A stretch of DNA of 64,000 bases from Sarcophilus harrisii (GCA_048593225.1 CM109176.1:477563429-477627428), one strand, 5' to 3'. Shown: positions 1 to 13,489, counted from the first letter of the stretch. The notes: generated by a model from the letters alone, not told the origin. Translations and numbers: made by a program.

Positions 1-151
1 GGCTCCAGAAGAGAAAATAAGGCTAATGACTTTGCACAGCCCTTCCTAACTTAAATCCAATTCACTTGCATATCATGACATAACTTCTGTGATGTCATTG
101 TCCTCTTCAAGAACAAAAGACAATACCACTAACATCATCTGAAGGTGAATA

Positions 152-316
152 GCAGGGGCAGCTAGGTGGTGCAGTGGATAGAGTACCAGCCCTGAAGTCA
201 GGAGGTCCTGGGTTCAAATGTGATCTTCAGGCACTTTAACACTTCCTAGCTGTGTGACCCTAGGCAAGTCGCTTAATCCCAATTGCCTCAGCAAAAAAAA
301 AAAAAAAAAAAAAAAA
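152..316 (+). mobile_element. Marsupial tRNA-derived SINE (MIR-core family) with A-tail
   Basis: Begins GGCAGCTAGGTGGTGCAGTGGATAGAG...GGTTCAAAT (a tRNA-like box A/B head), followed by a MIR-like core ...GTGTGACCCTAGGCAAGTCGCTTAA..., then (A)25 at 292-316. Confidence 0.85.
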
Positions 317-1140
317 GGTGAATAGCAAGTTTAATCATCAATAGGGTCACTGTTAATAGAAAATCCCTTTTCAGAGGACACATAAATAAATGTTATCCAA
401 AATTAATAATTTTTAGTGTATCACTTTACACTGAAATCTCTTTATACTTGGAATAAACACTCAACTATTAGAATCAGTGTACCAAGGCTTACTAGATCTT
501 TCCTAATTATCTTGACTTGTTAGCTTTGGGCCAGTAACTCAAATTACAACATGATGCTGTTCAGGACAATGTCATAAGCTTCATGCCTGTATAGAATAGA
601 TTATTCAAAAGAAAGATTCTTGCCTTGGACTTAATAAAAATAATGTGGTTTTTGTTCCTAAGGGTATGGTATGGATCCAATACTTATATGCAAATTGCTT
701 CACCTCTCTAGTTCTTAGTTTCCTAATCTGCAAAATGAAGGGAATGTATTTATCACCAATACCCTTTTTAGCTCTGATGATAAATGCTAATGATTCTATA
801 AATAGAACAAATTAAGGCAAAATTGTAATAATAATTTGTAAGACAAAAGTAAAGATATTAAATAAGGAAAAGTTGGTAAAAATTGTATTATAACAAAGGA
901 ATTTTTAAAAATTAGGTGGAGCTTTTTATATGGTTCGACCATTTTTTGCAATAACGGTGGAATTTCATCTATTACTAAGGTTGAGACTAAAATCAACAGT
1001 TTACATTGTCAAGTTGTTGCTTTATTTTGAAAATATTTGATCAACCCCTTTTAAAATTTTTTTCTGAGAATGGGGAGGATTGGGAAGAAATAGAGAAGGA
1101 TGAAAGAAGAGACAGTAGGGCACTCTAAAGAAAGAGTAAG

Positions 1141-1294
1141 TTAATTGAACAAAAAAATTTATTTGAAAAGCTCAAAGAAATCCAACAGAAGAAGCAGGAG
1201 GAACTGAAGAGGCAGCAATTAGAACAGATCCAGAGGCTCCTGGAAGAGCAAGAGAAACTGCTGACTATGGTGTCTGGGCAACAGACACACTCAG
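1141..1294 (+). CDS. CENPJ: CENPJ coding exon (approximately exon 3); [51 protein letters not shown]; 5' boundary uncertain (in-frame stop at 1126-1128 limits it; an alternative acceptor lies at 1170/1171)
   Basis: Open frame ending at donor G|GTAACA (GT at 1295-1296). Sequence matches the conserved CPAP N-terminal coiled region (human ...[42 protein letters not shown], from memory). Phase-1 exit matches the next exon. Confidence 0.6.
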
Positions 1295-2544
1295 GTAACA
1301 CTTAGCAGTCATATATATGATTCATTTGACATGCTTTATATCATAGTGTTTTTATAAATTGTTGTCAGCATCTTTTTTTTTTTTTTTTCCATATATACAC
1401 AGATGAGTACCCTAGCAATAACAATATAGATCTCTGGAGGATCCTAGTAGGATGGATTTGAATTAGAATCTGGGTTCTCTTTTTTTTTCAGTTTCCGAAG
1501 ATTACTAGAATTGTGATTTGATAATTTTTGTGTTGCAAATTATAACAAATGATAGACATATAGAATCTACAATAAAGAATATAAATAGCTTCATTGTGTT
1601 ATGTTTTATAGTGTCTAGCAGAAGGTCACCAGGAAAGAATTCTGGAAACCAAGCTGTTTAAAATAGTTAAGTAAAATGAGAATATTTAGTTTGGAAAAGA
1701 CTGAGGTGAGATATAATAGTGGCTCATTTCTATGAAGGGATATCAAAATAACATATTTTCTTGAGAGCAACTAAAACCAATGGGCAAAAATTACAGGAAA
1801 GTCGATTCTTGTTCAAAGTAAGGAAAGACTTCTATTGAATAAAGCTGTCTTACTCTTGGCCACTTGAATTATTTAAGGAGCTGGATGTCAGAAATTGCTG
1901 CATCAGCAGTGAGGTTAGGGTATTTGACTTTTAAAAGTCCCTTCCATCTTTGAGATTGTACAAATAACATGGGTCATAAAATGGGTAAGGCACAGTTATG
2001 ATGGTCGTAATACCTTTAGATTTAGAACACCTCCTACTCTGACATTAGGATGCACGTGGGGTGATTGAGAGAATTGTGAGATCCCAATAGCATGGGAAGT
2101 GGTTATGATAAAGTTTGTCTAGTATTGATTTGACATTTGCTTGAGTTACTAATATGGTCCTTGTAGGGAATCTTTAGTAAGCCTAAAATTAGCAATGTTG
2201 GGGGTATACTTAAACAGAGTATTCATTGCTGCTTTGGGAATGGTTAAGAATTTCCAAGGATGTCCTTCTGGGAAAAAAAATTGTACCTCTGTCCTGCTGG
2301 GGAAAAAAATGTACCATTATTGAATAATGCTTATTTTTCCTGTGAATTCTAACAAATATGTCCCTAATTAAAATCGTGTAGAATTTTAAAAATACCAGTC
2401 TTAATGCATTTAGTTTATTTTATTAAAATGTCACTTATTTCATTTCTGGGGAGATAGGTAAAAGGAATGGGATAGTAGGAGTAGTTTAGTAAAATGAGAA
2501 GATTTTTCATAAAATATTAATTTTGCTTGTATTTTCTTCCTAAG

Positions 2545-2859
2545 GCTTGACTTTACTGTCTGAAGATCAGAACCCCAAATATGGAAATTCCATAAGTTCT
2601 ACTCCTGTACAGAAAACCATGCCTTACTTGTCACATATGTACCAGAATCAAACCAGAATAAAAACTCATGGTCCTGAAATTTTATCATGTGGTTCTGTAC
2701 AAGAAAGAGAAATGACTCCATGCAGGACTATGAGTAAAGAATATGTTTTATCTTCAAAAAGTGGTAGTACTTCTCCAGACTTTTCTCATGAGGCACAATG
2801 TCTAGAAGCATGTATAAGAACACAGAATGATTGGAAAGAAGAAAATAAAGATAATACAG
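2545..2859 (+). CDS. CENPJ: CENPJ coding exon; GLTLLSEDQNPKYG...EACIRTQNDWKEENKDNTG
   Basis: Acceptor ttttcttcctaag|GC and donor ACAG|GTGAGC. The 315-nt open frame is in phase with both flanking exons (1 in, 1 out). Confidence 0.8.
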
Positions 2860-3626
2860 GTGAGCTATCTTTTGAAATTAGTGCATTTATATCTAAGTAG
2901 CAGTCTGAATATCTTTTTATATTTACTTGTAGGAATGATTTCGCTCTACTCCATGATAGAATTCTTTTCTTTTACTTTTGTTTTGCCACCTGCTTCCTTC
3001 CCTTGTGTCTCTCTTTCCTTCCCATCCCTTCCCCCATTCTCTTTCATGCACATACACATAGTAGATTTAATTACAGATCCAGTATGCTGCAGTCACTGTG
3101 AGAAGATAGATAGATACAGGTTAAGTATGTGTAATTATCATTGTCTTTTCCTCTTAATCACATAAGAATAGGACAGTGATAGAGTAGAAAAGTCATTAGA
3201 ATAGGAGCTGAAAGGCTTTAATTTTAGGCCTACTTTGCTTCTTACTAGCTATATGTCTTCCAAAGAATCAGTTAAGTTTGAATTTTGGTTTTGTCATATC
3301 TTGCATTATCTCAAATACTTGTTAGGATCATATGAAATGATATATGTAAAATCATTTTGTAAACATGCTATTCCTAAAACCTTTAGAATTTTTGTTTTTT
3401 AGTACTAGTATTATGTGATTTTTTTTTTTTGGGGGGGGGGGGGGTTTGATTTGTGACATTGGGCTTCTGTTTTTTGACCCAGCATGTTTCCCTTATACTG
3501 CTCTACTATACCTGATTTTTTTTGGTCCAATTCTAGAGTTTTAAGAACCTTTATTCTGGTTTTATGTGAATTTGAAAGTTTTGACAGTTTGTATGCAAAC
3601 TAAATATTTCCCAATTCATGTCGTAG

Positions 3627-3768
3627 GGGAAGGTATACTGCCATGTTGGGAGAAAATGACTGAACAGTTACCAGAAGGGAAAGAGATTACAAACTCAAAA
3701 AAACCTGGTGATTCTTCTGATATTAACAATGGAAGAAAATTGTTAGCAATATCTAGTATTGAAGAAAG
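3627..3768 (+). CDS. CENPJ: CENPJ coding exon; GEGILPCWEKMTEQLPEGKEITNSKKPGDSSDINNGRKLLAISSIEE(R)
   Basis: Acceptor tcgtag|GG and donor GAAAG|GTATCT. Phase 1 in, phase 2 out. Resembles human ESILSYWEKPMEEP... Confidence 0.8.
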
Positions 3769-4827
3769 GTATCTATGTCAATTAACACAGATATTACTTG
3801 TGTTTTTATTTATATCAAAGTAGTGTAGTTGAATGTGAGTCATTTATTAAGTGGTGGGGAATCCTTTTAATTAATAATGAAAAATATGTTTCAGTTCAAT
3901 TAAAAGTATTAAATGTGTAATTGTTTTGTAAAAGGTATTATTCTGGGTATGCAAAGATTAAAAAATAATACTCATTTTACTAGAAGAATAAAATGCACAG
4001 GCATAAGTATAATGCCAGGTAAGATGTTATAAGGGCTTGGGAGAGAATACTTTTAGCTGAGTTATTAGGAAAGGGCTAAAGAAAAAGAAAGATTCTAAAA
4101 GGTAGACATATGGAGGGAGTATATTCTGGGTATGGGAGGAGGTGGGACTGTGTAAATGTGAGACCCATGGGAAATAGCAAAGTTCTGGGAACAGTTGGTA
4201 GGGTGGTTTGACTATTATATAAATTGTAAAGGCAAGTAAGTGTGGAAATAAGATAGAATGGTAGGGTCCAATTGTAGAAAGAATTAAGTTTTAGAATAAG
4301 GGGTTTGTACCTTATCCTTTGGGCCAGAACTTTTTTGATAATTCACTTTATTAGCAAAAGTTTGTACATGCACCCAATTATGTATTTATACATTATTTAC
4401 TTATACTATTATGTTAATAATTATGTACCTTATGTAATATGAACGATGATCCTGCAGAAGTGTGGTCAGACAGCAGAAGGAAGGGAGAAAGCAGTGTCAT
4501 AAAAACACAGAAGGAAGACACAGTTGTGTCCAAATATCCTGGAGAGAGAGGCATTGTTAAAAAATGAGAATTAGGAAAGGGACATTAGATTGGACAATCG
4601 AGAGATCATTGCTAACTCTGAAGAGAGAACTTTGATTTAGGTAGGGAGTTAAGGATAAAGGAGGTTGAGATTCTGGGAGAGTATGTGGAAAGATAGTGGC
4701 ATTTCCCAACCCTCATCTCCAGAAATAAATTCAGATGAGTAATGGCATTTGGGGGAATGATAATACAATTACAATCCAACTATATTTAAATATCCTGGCT
4801 TATTCTTTTCCACAGAAAAATAAAGAG

Positions 4828-4830
4828 TGA

Positions 4831-4871
<41 letters not shown>
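4828..4871. repeat. (GAGT)/(GT)n microsatellite
   Basis: gagtgagtgagtg followed by (tg)~17. Confidence 0.9.
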
Positions 4872-4872
<1 letters not shown>

Positions 4873-6850
4873 CAGGGGGTAGAGGGGGAGGTCGAAGGGG
4901 TTTAAGTGTGGGGAAAGGGTTGGAAGGAACTTCCCTGCTCTGGAGCATGGAGCCTGCTGCTGTGGTGATTTGGGAGAATGGGATGTGGGAAAACTAGGGA
5001 TAGTGGCATTAGAAATTATCCTGCTAACTCTTTCAATTGCTTGGGCTGGAATAGATTGTTTTCTCTAGTCTGAGGAGTCCAGACCCGGTGAAGCCATAGG
5101 TCATCTGGGGGAAGGAGAAATATTGAAGAGAATCATAGGATTGTGTAAAACACAAATCCATTATTGGCTATGGCCGGTTGAGCCAGGGGAGGGTGGATGT
5201 GATCCATGTTCCTACCATCTTGTTGATCACCCATCCCTTGGAGCCATTACATAGCCCTTACTTTGGTGATCACTTCTCTAGGCCATGAGAACCACTGAAG
5301 GCTTTTGAGCAGTGGAATGAAGATGGTCTGAAAGATGACTTGGAGAGGAAAAAGACTGAGGTAGGGAAACCAGTTGGGAGGCTAGAGTAGAAAGTAGAGA
5401 TAGATGGCCACCCTTATTACCTCTATTTACTCCCTTCTCACTGTCTCCAATTCTTCGCAATCTAGATTTTGACCTCATGACTAATTTGAAATTCCCCTCT
5501 CTGTAATTGACACTGTTTAATACTCTTTGCTCTTGGGTATTATCTCCTCTCTGGTATTTGTTATACTGTTCCCTCCTAGTTCTCTTTCCTTTGTGACTTT
5601 TTTTTCCAGTTTCTTTTGCTTGCTTATTATCCTTATCACAACTTTTAACTGAATGTGTCCTGGACCCATTGTCTGGCTTGGTGATGTCATTAGCTTCCAT
5701 ATATTTAACCATTATCTCTAAGTTGAGAATTCCTACATCTATATTTTTGCCTCAGCCTTTTATCTGTAGTTCTGCATTATTGCTTATTTATTGGCCATTT
5801 TAAACTGGATGCTCCAAAGACTTCTCAAACTCAACCTGACCAAAACAGAATTTCTTGTGACCTCCATCTGTCTCTCACAGATCTATCCTTTTTCCAACTC
5901 TCCTTATTCCTTTGAGAGTGCTATTCTGTAATCTATCCAGTATTGTAATGTTGGAAATTCAAATACTTCTGCACTATTCAAATAATTGATAGAGCTTGAG
6001 ATTTGTCCTTCCACGGCATTTCTCCATACACATGATCATGGTTTTAGTACCTTATTACACTTTTGCCTAGATTATTCCACAGGCCTCCTAATCATTTTCC
6101 CTCCCTCCAGGTTATTCTTCACTCTGCTAATTAAATCTTTTTCCTTAAATGTAGATCTCACTATCCATCCCCTTCAACGTGAAATTTTTCCATTTCCTCT
6201 CCAACTGTTAGTGCCCTCTCTCTATTTCCTCCTTCCCTCAATACCTTGTACTTAGTTACTTTGTAGTTATTCTCTCTCTACTTAGATGTGTATTGGTTGT
6301 CTTCATTGGAAGCTCCTTGAGTTAGGATTTTTTTATTCTTTGTATTTGCATCCTCAGGTTTTTTGTATAGTATCTACTATTTAGTAGTCAATAAATGCTT
6401 GCTAATTAGATGGATTTAATTAGATGTTGTCAATATGGAAATGACAAGATGTGGCACCTGAGGGAGAGGGAAGATGACAGAGGTTTTTAAGTCTGAGTGA
6501 CTGGCTTTCCATATAGATGGGGAAACTGATCTTTACAGGAGAGGGATTTGACTAGGGTCACACTATGAAGTAAATAGTACAAGTATGATTCTTTCCATTA
6601 TATTCATGGGGAAATAGACAGTAAAAGACTGGCTCAGAGTTGAATAGCTGATAAAAATCATAGGCAGCCTTTTGAGTCCAGATCTATTTAAGATTTTTTT
6701 TTTTTTTTTTTTTTACTATTTAAGTAATTTTTTTTTTTTAAACCATTCTGTTTAGTAGATTCAGATTCTTGAATAACAACTATGAAAATGGATGGTGAGC
6801 CTTATATACTACAGGGCTAAATACAACATAGCATTTTTCTGTTATTTTAT

Positions 6851-6967
6851 CTGCATAACCACAAAAGCCAAATTCCTTATGAGGAGTTGTAATAGAAGAT
6901 ATAGTTCCCCTGGCTATACCTTCTATTACAACTCCTCATAAGGAATTTGTCTTTTGTGGTTATGCAG
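6851..6967. repeat. Foldback inverted repeat: 48-bp arms (1 mismatch) around a 21-nt loop
   Basis: Left arm 6851-6898 ctgcataaccacaaaagccaaattccttatgaggagttgtaatagaag. Reverse complement of right arm 6920-6967 is ctgcataaccacaaaagacaaattccttatgaggagttgtaatagaag. Confidence 0.85.
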
Positions 6968-7019
6968 AGGAGGCTGTAATCTTTAACAATGAAGTATTTC
7001 TGAAATGAAAGGAATACAT

Positions 7020-7224
7020 CCTACACTGGGGTCCTCAAACTACGGCTGGCAGGACAGATGTGGCAGCTGAGGACGATTATCCTCCTCATCCAGGACTATG
7101 AAGTTTCTTTATTTAAAGGCCCATAAAACAAAGTTTTTGTTTTTACTATAGTCCAGTCCTACAACAGTCTGAGGGACAGTGAACTGGCCTCCTATTTAAA
7201 AAGTTTGAGGACCCCGTCCTACAG
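7020..7224. mobile_element. MITE-like non-autonomous DNA transposon remnant (~205 bp) with terminal inverted repeats
   Basis: 5' end cctacacTGGGGTCCTCAAACTacgg. The reverse complement of the 3' end (..AGTTTGAGGACCCCgtcctacag) gives ctgtaggacGGGGTCCTCAAACT. The interior is AT-rich and non-coding. Confidence 0.5.
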
Positions 7225-8661
7225 CATTGTTTATCTTATTGGAGGGTAAAAGTGAGAACACTTTGCAAACTTCTTAATGCTCTACAAGTGGTGATTGTTA
7301 TTTTTGGTGTGATTATTGCTTTTATCATTATTGTTACTATGATTTTCTAAAGTAGGGGTTCTTAACTTTTTTTATATCACAGACTTCATTGGCAATCTGT
7401 TGAAGTCTGCCTTCCCCTCTCCAAAATGTTTTTCTTTTAACTCATAATTTTAGAAAATACTTAAGTTCACTAAAGGTTAGAGGAAATAAAGATATAATTT
7501 TCTTCCCATCCAAGTTGACTGACTCCATGAAATTTTTCCATGAATACCTGTTAATCTAGAGGCTTTAGATTATCTGGAGAATAACTCAGCCAAAATAGGA
7601 TAAGTGGATAACAATCAGAACAAAAACATTCTGGGGAGACCTCTTTTAAGAGGTTTGCAGTGCTGTCAGCAGAAATAGGGAACTTGGGAGGGAATTGCAG
7701 CATATGAGACATTTATTCAATGTTATATGTGAGTTTGAAGTCCTGGTGGAATATCCAGAGAGGTTGAGCAGGCACTTAGAGACATGGGACTGCAGTGAAG
7801 GAAGAGATTAAGAGTAGCTATATTGATTTCACTGTATATAGAGGTGAAAATTGAGACCTTCAAACCAAGTGAGAACATCAAGGGAGAGAACTGATAGAAA
7901 AACAGAGAAGAAGTCACCAGACAAGACACTTAGGAGAAGATGAACTTTTAAAGAAGAATGAGAAGGAATGTTCAGATAGTTGGGAGGAGAACCAGGTAAG
8001 AACAGTGTCACTGGTATACTATAGAGGGAGGCAATCAGTCTGATTGCAGATTGCAGCAAGGACATCTACTGATGCTATTTTCTTTTATCTTTTTTTGTTT
8101 TTTGGCGTAAGGTTGAGTGTGAAACTTGATGCTTAGGATTAGCTTGTGAAGGAGACGGCAAATTTGGTAGTTTGGGCATTGTTGTACAAGTAGTATAGAA
8201 GTTTTTTACTTGAGAAAAGTCTTTACATTAAGTATTCTTAGATGTACTTATTCAATCTCTGTGATAAATCTTAGACAAAAGGGGAAAGCAAAAGTATAAA
8301 AATTCACATATTTGATAGCATTTTCCAGTTTTAATTTGCTAATTTAGTTATAAATCCTCATATGATGGATGCTTGAACAATTTTTATCACAGTGTTAAAA
8401 TATTTCACGTTGAAATGATAACTTTTTTATATTTCTTAGTGTAGAATGTATTATGTGGACTCATTCTGATCTGTTTTGTTAGAGTGTTAATGTATCAGAT
8501 TTATTTGCTTGGATTTTTGTTTTTTAAAATGGTTTATTAAACAGTAAAATAACCTTTTAAAGTTTCAAACGTATGGTTCTTAGAAATCTCAATGTGGCAC
8601 TTAATTTTAAAGGTTTTGCCATCAGGATTTATTTGCTTTATAATTTTATTTTCATTATTAG

Positions 8662-8764
8662 GCCAATTAAAGCTGCTATTAGAGAAAGGAAACAGACATA
8701 TGAAGAATTCTTAGAGGAACAGATTCAGATAGAAGAACAAGAATTGAAACAAAAGCAGCTACAG
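8662..8764 (+). CDS. CENPJ: CENPJ coding exon; (R)[34 protein letters not shown]
   Basis: Acceptor ttcattattag|G and donor CAG|GTTTGC. Phase 2 in, phase 0 out. Coiled-coil-like composition. Confidence 0.8.
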
Positions 8765-8900
8765 GTTTGCATTTTAGATGTTTTGACAAAAATATCCCAA
8801 TAAAAATTCATCATTAATATATAACTTCCTTTAAAAATACTTTGACCATTACTCAGTAATATAAAAAAATTAATTAAAATATATATTTTTTATTTTTTAG

Positions 8901-10467
8901 GAAGCAGAAATGTCATCATTAGCCAAAGCAATACCAAAACGGCCATTCTTAAAAAGAGGAGAAGGCCTAGCTAGGTTTACTAATGCTAAATCTAAAGTTC
9001 GAAAACCAAAAGAGAATAAATTAATGACTCATCAAAGCATGTCAGAAGAACAGCCAGTATTTAAAGCAGACAGACAACAAATACAGCGGAAAACTGCTCT
9101 TATAAATAAGGAACCAGTTACAGAGATGAAAAAGAGTAATCAAGTCAGAAACAAAACCAGTAATGCAGTTTCTCTGAAGTCAAAAGTACTTAGAAGTAAT
9201 AATGGGAAGAAATTTGATGGACAGCTTAAAGATCAAATGAAATTAGAAAAAAATAATAAGTTAGAACCTAATAAGGAAAATATACCAGAGTGTACAAAAC
9301 CCTTTGAAATAGGTTGCAAAGTCAAAAATAAACCACAATGCATAGAAAAGCCTCTTATTTCTACAGAACTGACCAATCCTGCCTCTGTTTCTAAAAGTTC
9401 TATGGGTCATATTGTAAAAGATTCAGACTTTTCTTTTGAAATTTCATTTCAAAAGAAATTAGACAATTGGGAAAAGGAAAAAGAAAAGGAGAACTTGGAG
9501 TTAGATGAATTTTTGTTCTTGGAACAAGCTGCTGATGAAATATCATTCTCTAGTAATTCCTCATTTGTATTAAAAATCTTAGAAAGAGACCAGCAGATTG
9601 GCAAAGGCCATAGAATGTCTTCTACCCCTGTCAAATCAGGGCAACAAGTAAAAGCAAATATAACAGATGTTGTTATTCCACACAACCAAAATAAGAAATC
9701 AAATCATATTAAACAAGATAAGAATATGTATGAAATAACAAAACATCTTGAATCAAAAGCATCACCTCAAAGTTTGAAAGAACAGATCAGCAAAGTCAGC
9801 AAAAAACCATTTCAAAATATTACTTCTGAGAGTCAAATCAAATGGAATGTAAGTGAGGATGAAGATGATGGGAACAGTGGTGTTAGCAGTGACTTTGAAG
9901 AGCATCTTGATAGTACCATAAAAGCAACAAATGAAGATACTAAAAACTTTTACAGCAGCAGCAGAGAAGATAATCCACAAAAGGGTGATGGTAAAGGACC
10001 TTTCAGAGACTCTAGGAAGGAGGGTAAAAACCGGGATATTGATCTGGATTTGTCAGATAAAGATGACAGTAGTGATGAATCCATCATAGTGGTAAGCATG
10101 AACGATAAAATTCCTAAGGCATCATGTGTAAATATGAATAAAATTGATTTTGATGATGAGAGAACATGGACTGACTTTGAAGAAAATGAAAGTAAAGATG
10201 ATGTACTTGGGAATGAAGATGTTAATGGGCTTCCTTTGATGGACTATTGTAGTAAAACTGAAATATCTAATTTGGACAAAGCAATAAAAAGGAAGGTTGC
10301 ACCCATAAAGAAAGGAGATGATTTGTGTAAATCCAGTAAGAGTATAAGCCCTCCTCCTACTAATGATCTGATGATGAAACTCTTTCCTTCCTTGAAGCCT
10401 AAACCTAGATCAGACCCACACTTAGCATCTGAATCTGAATTAAATAAAAGCCAAGAACAACCACTTG
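8901..10467 (+). CDS. CENPJ: CENPJ large central exon (1567 nt; equivalent of the human ~1.6-kb exon 7); EAEMSSLAKAIPKRPFLKRGEGLARF ... SQEQPLG
   Basis: A 522-codon uninterrupted frame (the ORF track entry 8910-10478 sits inside it). Acceptor tattttttag|GAAGCAG and donor CTTG|GTAAGT. Serine/acidic-rich, low-complexity composition typical of the CPAP central region. Confidence 0.9.
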
Positions 10468-11440
10468 GTAAGTCTTAATATTATCAGAAACTAAAGATTT
10501 ATCAAAATGTCATAAAGCTTAAATTTTTTTTGTGATTTCTATTTAGTAAGATCAGTTATTTGAAACCCTTAGGTTTCCTTTACTGATGTGTCATCAATAA
10601 AACATTTTTTTTGTTTGTATATTCCCATATAAGGTACTGTCCAGGTACCTCCTCACCAAAGATGTACAAGTTGTAATATGGACTCCTGTGGAGTTCACTG
10701 TCCAGGAGGAGACATGGGTGTATATAGATTACTATAGTACAATGTTTGATGTAGTAAAATATCAAGAAAATGCTCCAGGAACATAGTGGGAGGAAGTTTA
10801 GTAGACCTGACCCAAACATTAGTAAAACGGTTTAGAAGATGAGGGAAAGACATGTGGTTTTTAGTTTCCTAATTCCATATGTTATTCATTAATATACAAC
10901 CCAGTGATAGTCTAATGTCTTTCATAAACAATAAATATTCAACTTCCAGTTTTGTCATAAAGGGAAAGTTTAAAGGAATTCTTGTTTATGCACCCTTATT
11001 TCACCAATATTCTCACCCTGGAGTATCAGCAGACCTCTAATTTATCTCTAAAAATTTATGCCTTTATATAGCAAATTTGAGAGATGAGAATGTGTATATG
11101 TGTGTAAGATAGGAGGAACCTGTTTGCCCAAAACATCAAACTGGCAATGTCCATCTCATCTTTAGAATCTGACTGTATGTAACTTTAGTACCCAGCACAG
11201 TGTAGGTGATTTGTGATAGAACTTATAACATTCCAAGGGGCAGTGATATATGGTTCTTTTTATATATAGACCTCAGGTGCTTTCTTTAGAGAAATTAAGC
11301 CTATTTTTAATAATAGAAGCAGATCTTTTAAGTCATTTTAACTCTAAAATGTTTATATATTGTCATCATTTAATAATAGCAAGATTTTACTCTGTTTTCT
11401 GATTACAATTCAGCATTCATATTAATTTGATATGTTGTAG

Positions 11441-11573
11441 GTGATAGTGTTCGCTCCCAGATTTTAAAAGAGAAAGTTGTTGAATTGGAAACAGAAATCG
11501 AAAGATTTAAAGCTGAAAATGCATCATTAGCTAAACTTCGCAATGAAAGAGAAAATGCCTTAGAAAATCTCAG
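11441..11573 (+). CDS. CENPJ: CENPJ coding exon; [44 protein letters not shown](R)
   Basis: Acceptor tatgttgtag|GT and donor TCAG|GTAAGT. Phase 1 in, phase 2 out. Coiled-coil heptads. Confidence 0.85.
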
Positions 11574-13489
11574 GTAAGTTTGTGTAATAAGTGTGTGATA
11601 CATTGACTAAGGAGAGGATATATGAATTTCTTTAGGAATAGAATTAAAAGCAATTAAATTTTGGAATACTACTATATGTTTCGTGGCCAACAAAAACGTC
11701 AAGGATCTCCATGAGGATCTAGTGATAACTCATTTTTTCATGTAGAAAAATGTGTAGGGAAATGATTGTCTTCAATACCGGTTGAGTATTCTTAACATTT
11801 AATCTTCCTTTCTTATGAAAGGCAGCTTACCAAATTGGTATACTGGCCTCTTAGGCTTCATTGTTTAACTTAGAGCATAAAGATTGAAAAGTGCTTACCC
11901 CTTAATAGCGATGCTTACTATATGCCAGGCACTGGGCTAGATGTTTAATCAGCTCTTCAGAAAAAATAAACATAAGTTTTCAGTGGTAACTTAGCCCATA
12001 CTTAATTTCTTCAGATCTCTGATAACAGATTATTTTTATATAATTGTATTCTGAGTATATATAATCTTTCCTGTACTGTTTTTTTTGTTGAGCATTATTT
12101 TATAGAGATAACCACATTTCTGTCTTCTTCATAATATGTCAATATATAGAGAGAGTCTTCATTTTTACAAATATTCTATGGTAGGCACTTAGCACAAGAT
12201 CACACAGTGATCTCCACCTCTTCTGGAATTTATGTTCTATGAGGAGCAGATATTAATGTGATATAATCTGTTTAATGATTCTTTAATTTAAAAAAATTTA
12301 TTAGAGTATTGGCAAGATGTTTATGAAAACCATGAATATCTTTTATTTACATTTTTAATTTTTCTCAATTACATATAAACAAAATTTTGTAACTTAATCT
12401 TTTTTAAAATTTTGTAAGAAAAAAAAAATTTGCGTTCCAAATTTCCATCCCTTTTACTCTTCCATCCTTGAGAAAGCAAAACAGTTTGATAGAAATTATA
12501 CATGTGCAGTCATATAAAAGATTTCCATATTAGTCATGTTGGAAAAGAATATGCAGACCACAAAACAATAATAAAGTAAAAAAAGTATGCTTTAGTCTCC
12601 ATTCAGACTCCATCAGTTCTTTCTCTGGAGGTGGATTACATTTTTCATTATAAGTCCTTTGGAACTGTCTTGCTTCATTGTATTGCGGAGAATAGCTAAA
12701 TCATTCACAGTTGATCACCGTCAATATTATTGTTACTGTATACATACAGTGTTCTGATTTTGCTTACTGCTCATGTAAGTCTAGGCTTTACTGAAAACAT
12801 CCTGCTCTCTCTTTTCTTCTCCCTCCTTGAAAACATAAGCAATTTAATTTTGATTATACAAGTGAAGTCATTTCCATTTTAGCCATATTTATAAAAACCT
12901 GTATCATAAAAGTGGTGTCATCATGCAGTTTCATTGAAGTTAATTGTTTCAACTGGTTTTTAGTTGATTCTCTTGAAATATACCATTGAGATGAATGAAA
13001 AGGCTTAGAGACAGTTTCGGGTAATTAATAATAAATTAGGTTAACTGATAATCACTAAATTGATAGTCAGTGGTTTCTCCTACTAACGAATCCATCCATG
13101 GAGATTCCTGAATGCTGAAATACCTTTGGAAAAAGAGGTGCACTTGTAGGTTAAAAAAAAAAAAATCAACCCTGATAGGTGAACCTTTGATTAAAGGGTG
13201 GGGCATATTAATGAGATGGATTAAAAGTCTTAAGCTCCTTCTGTTGAGAATGTGACTTGATTGTGTGACTCAACTGCCTCCAGGAATCTGAACAAAAGAA
13301 TCCATCTCTATCCAGTCCACATTGGTTGGTTTTCTCCTTCATAAACTGGATTACCCTATACCAGAGTTTCTTAAATTTTATCCACCCATAATCCCTTTTT
13401 GACTAAGAAATTTTCATGGTTCTCTGGGTGTATAGGCTTTTAAATTGGTGTATAAATCAAACATTTACTGATAATAAATCATATTTTCT

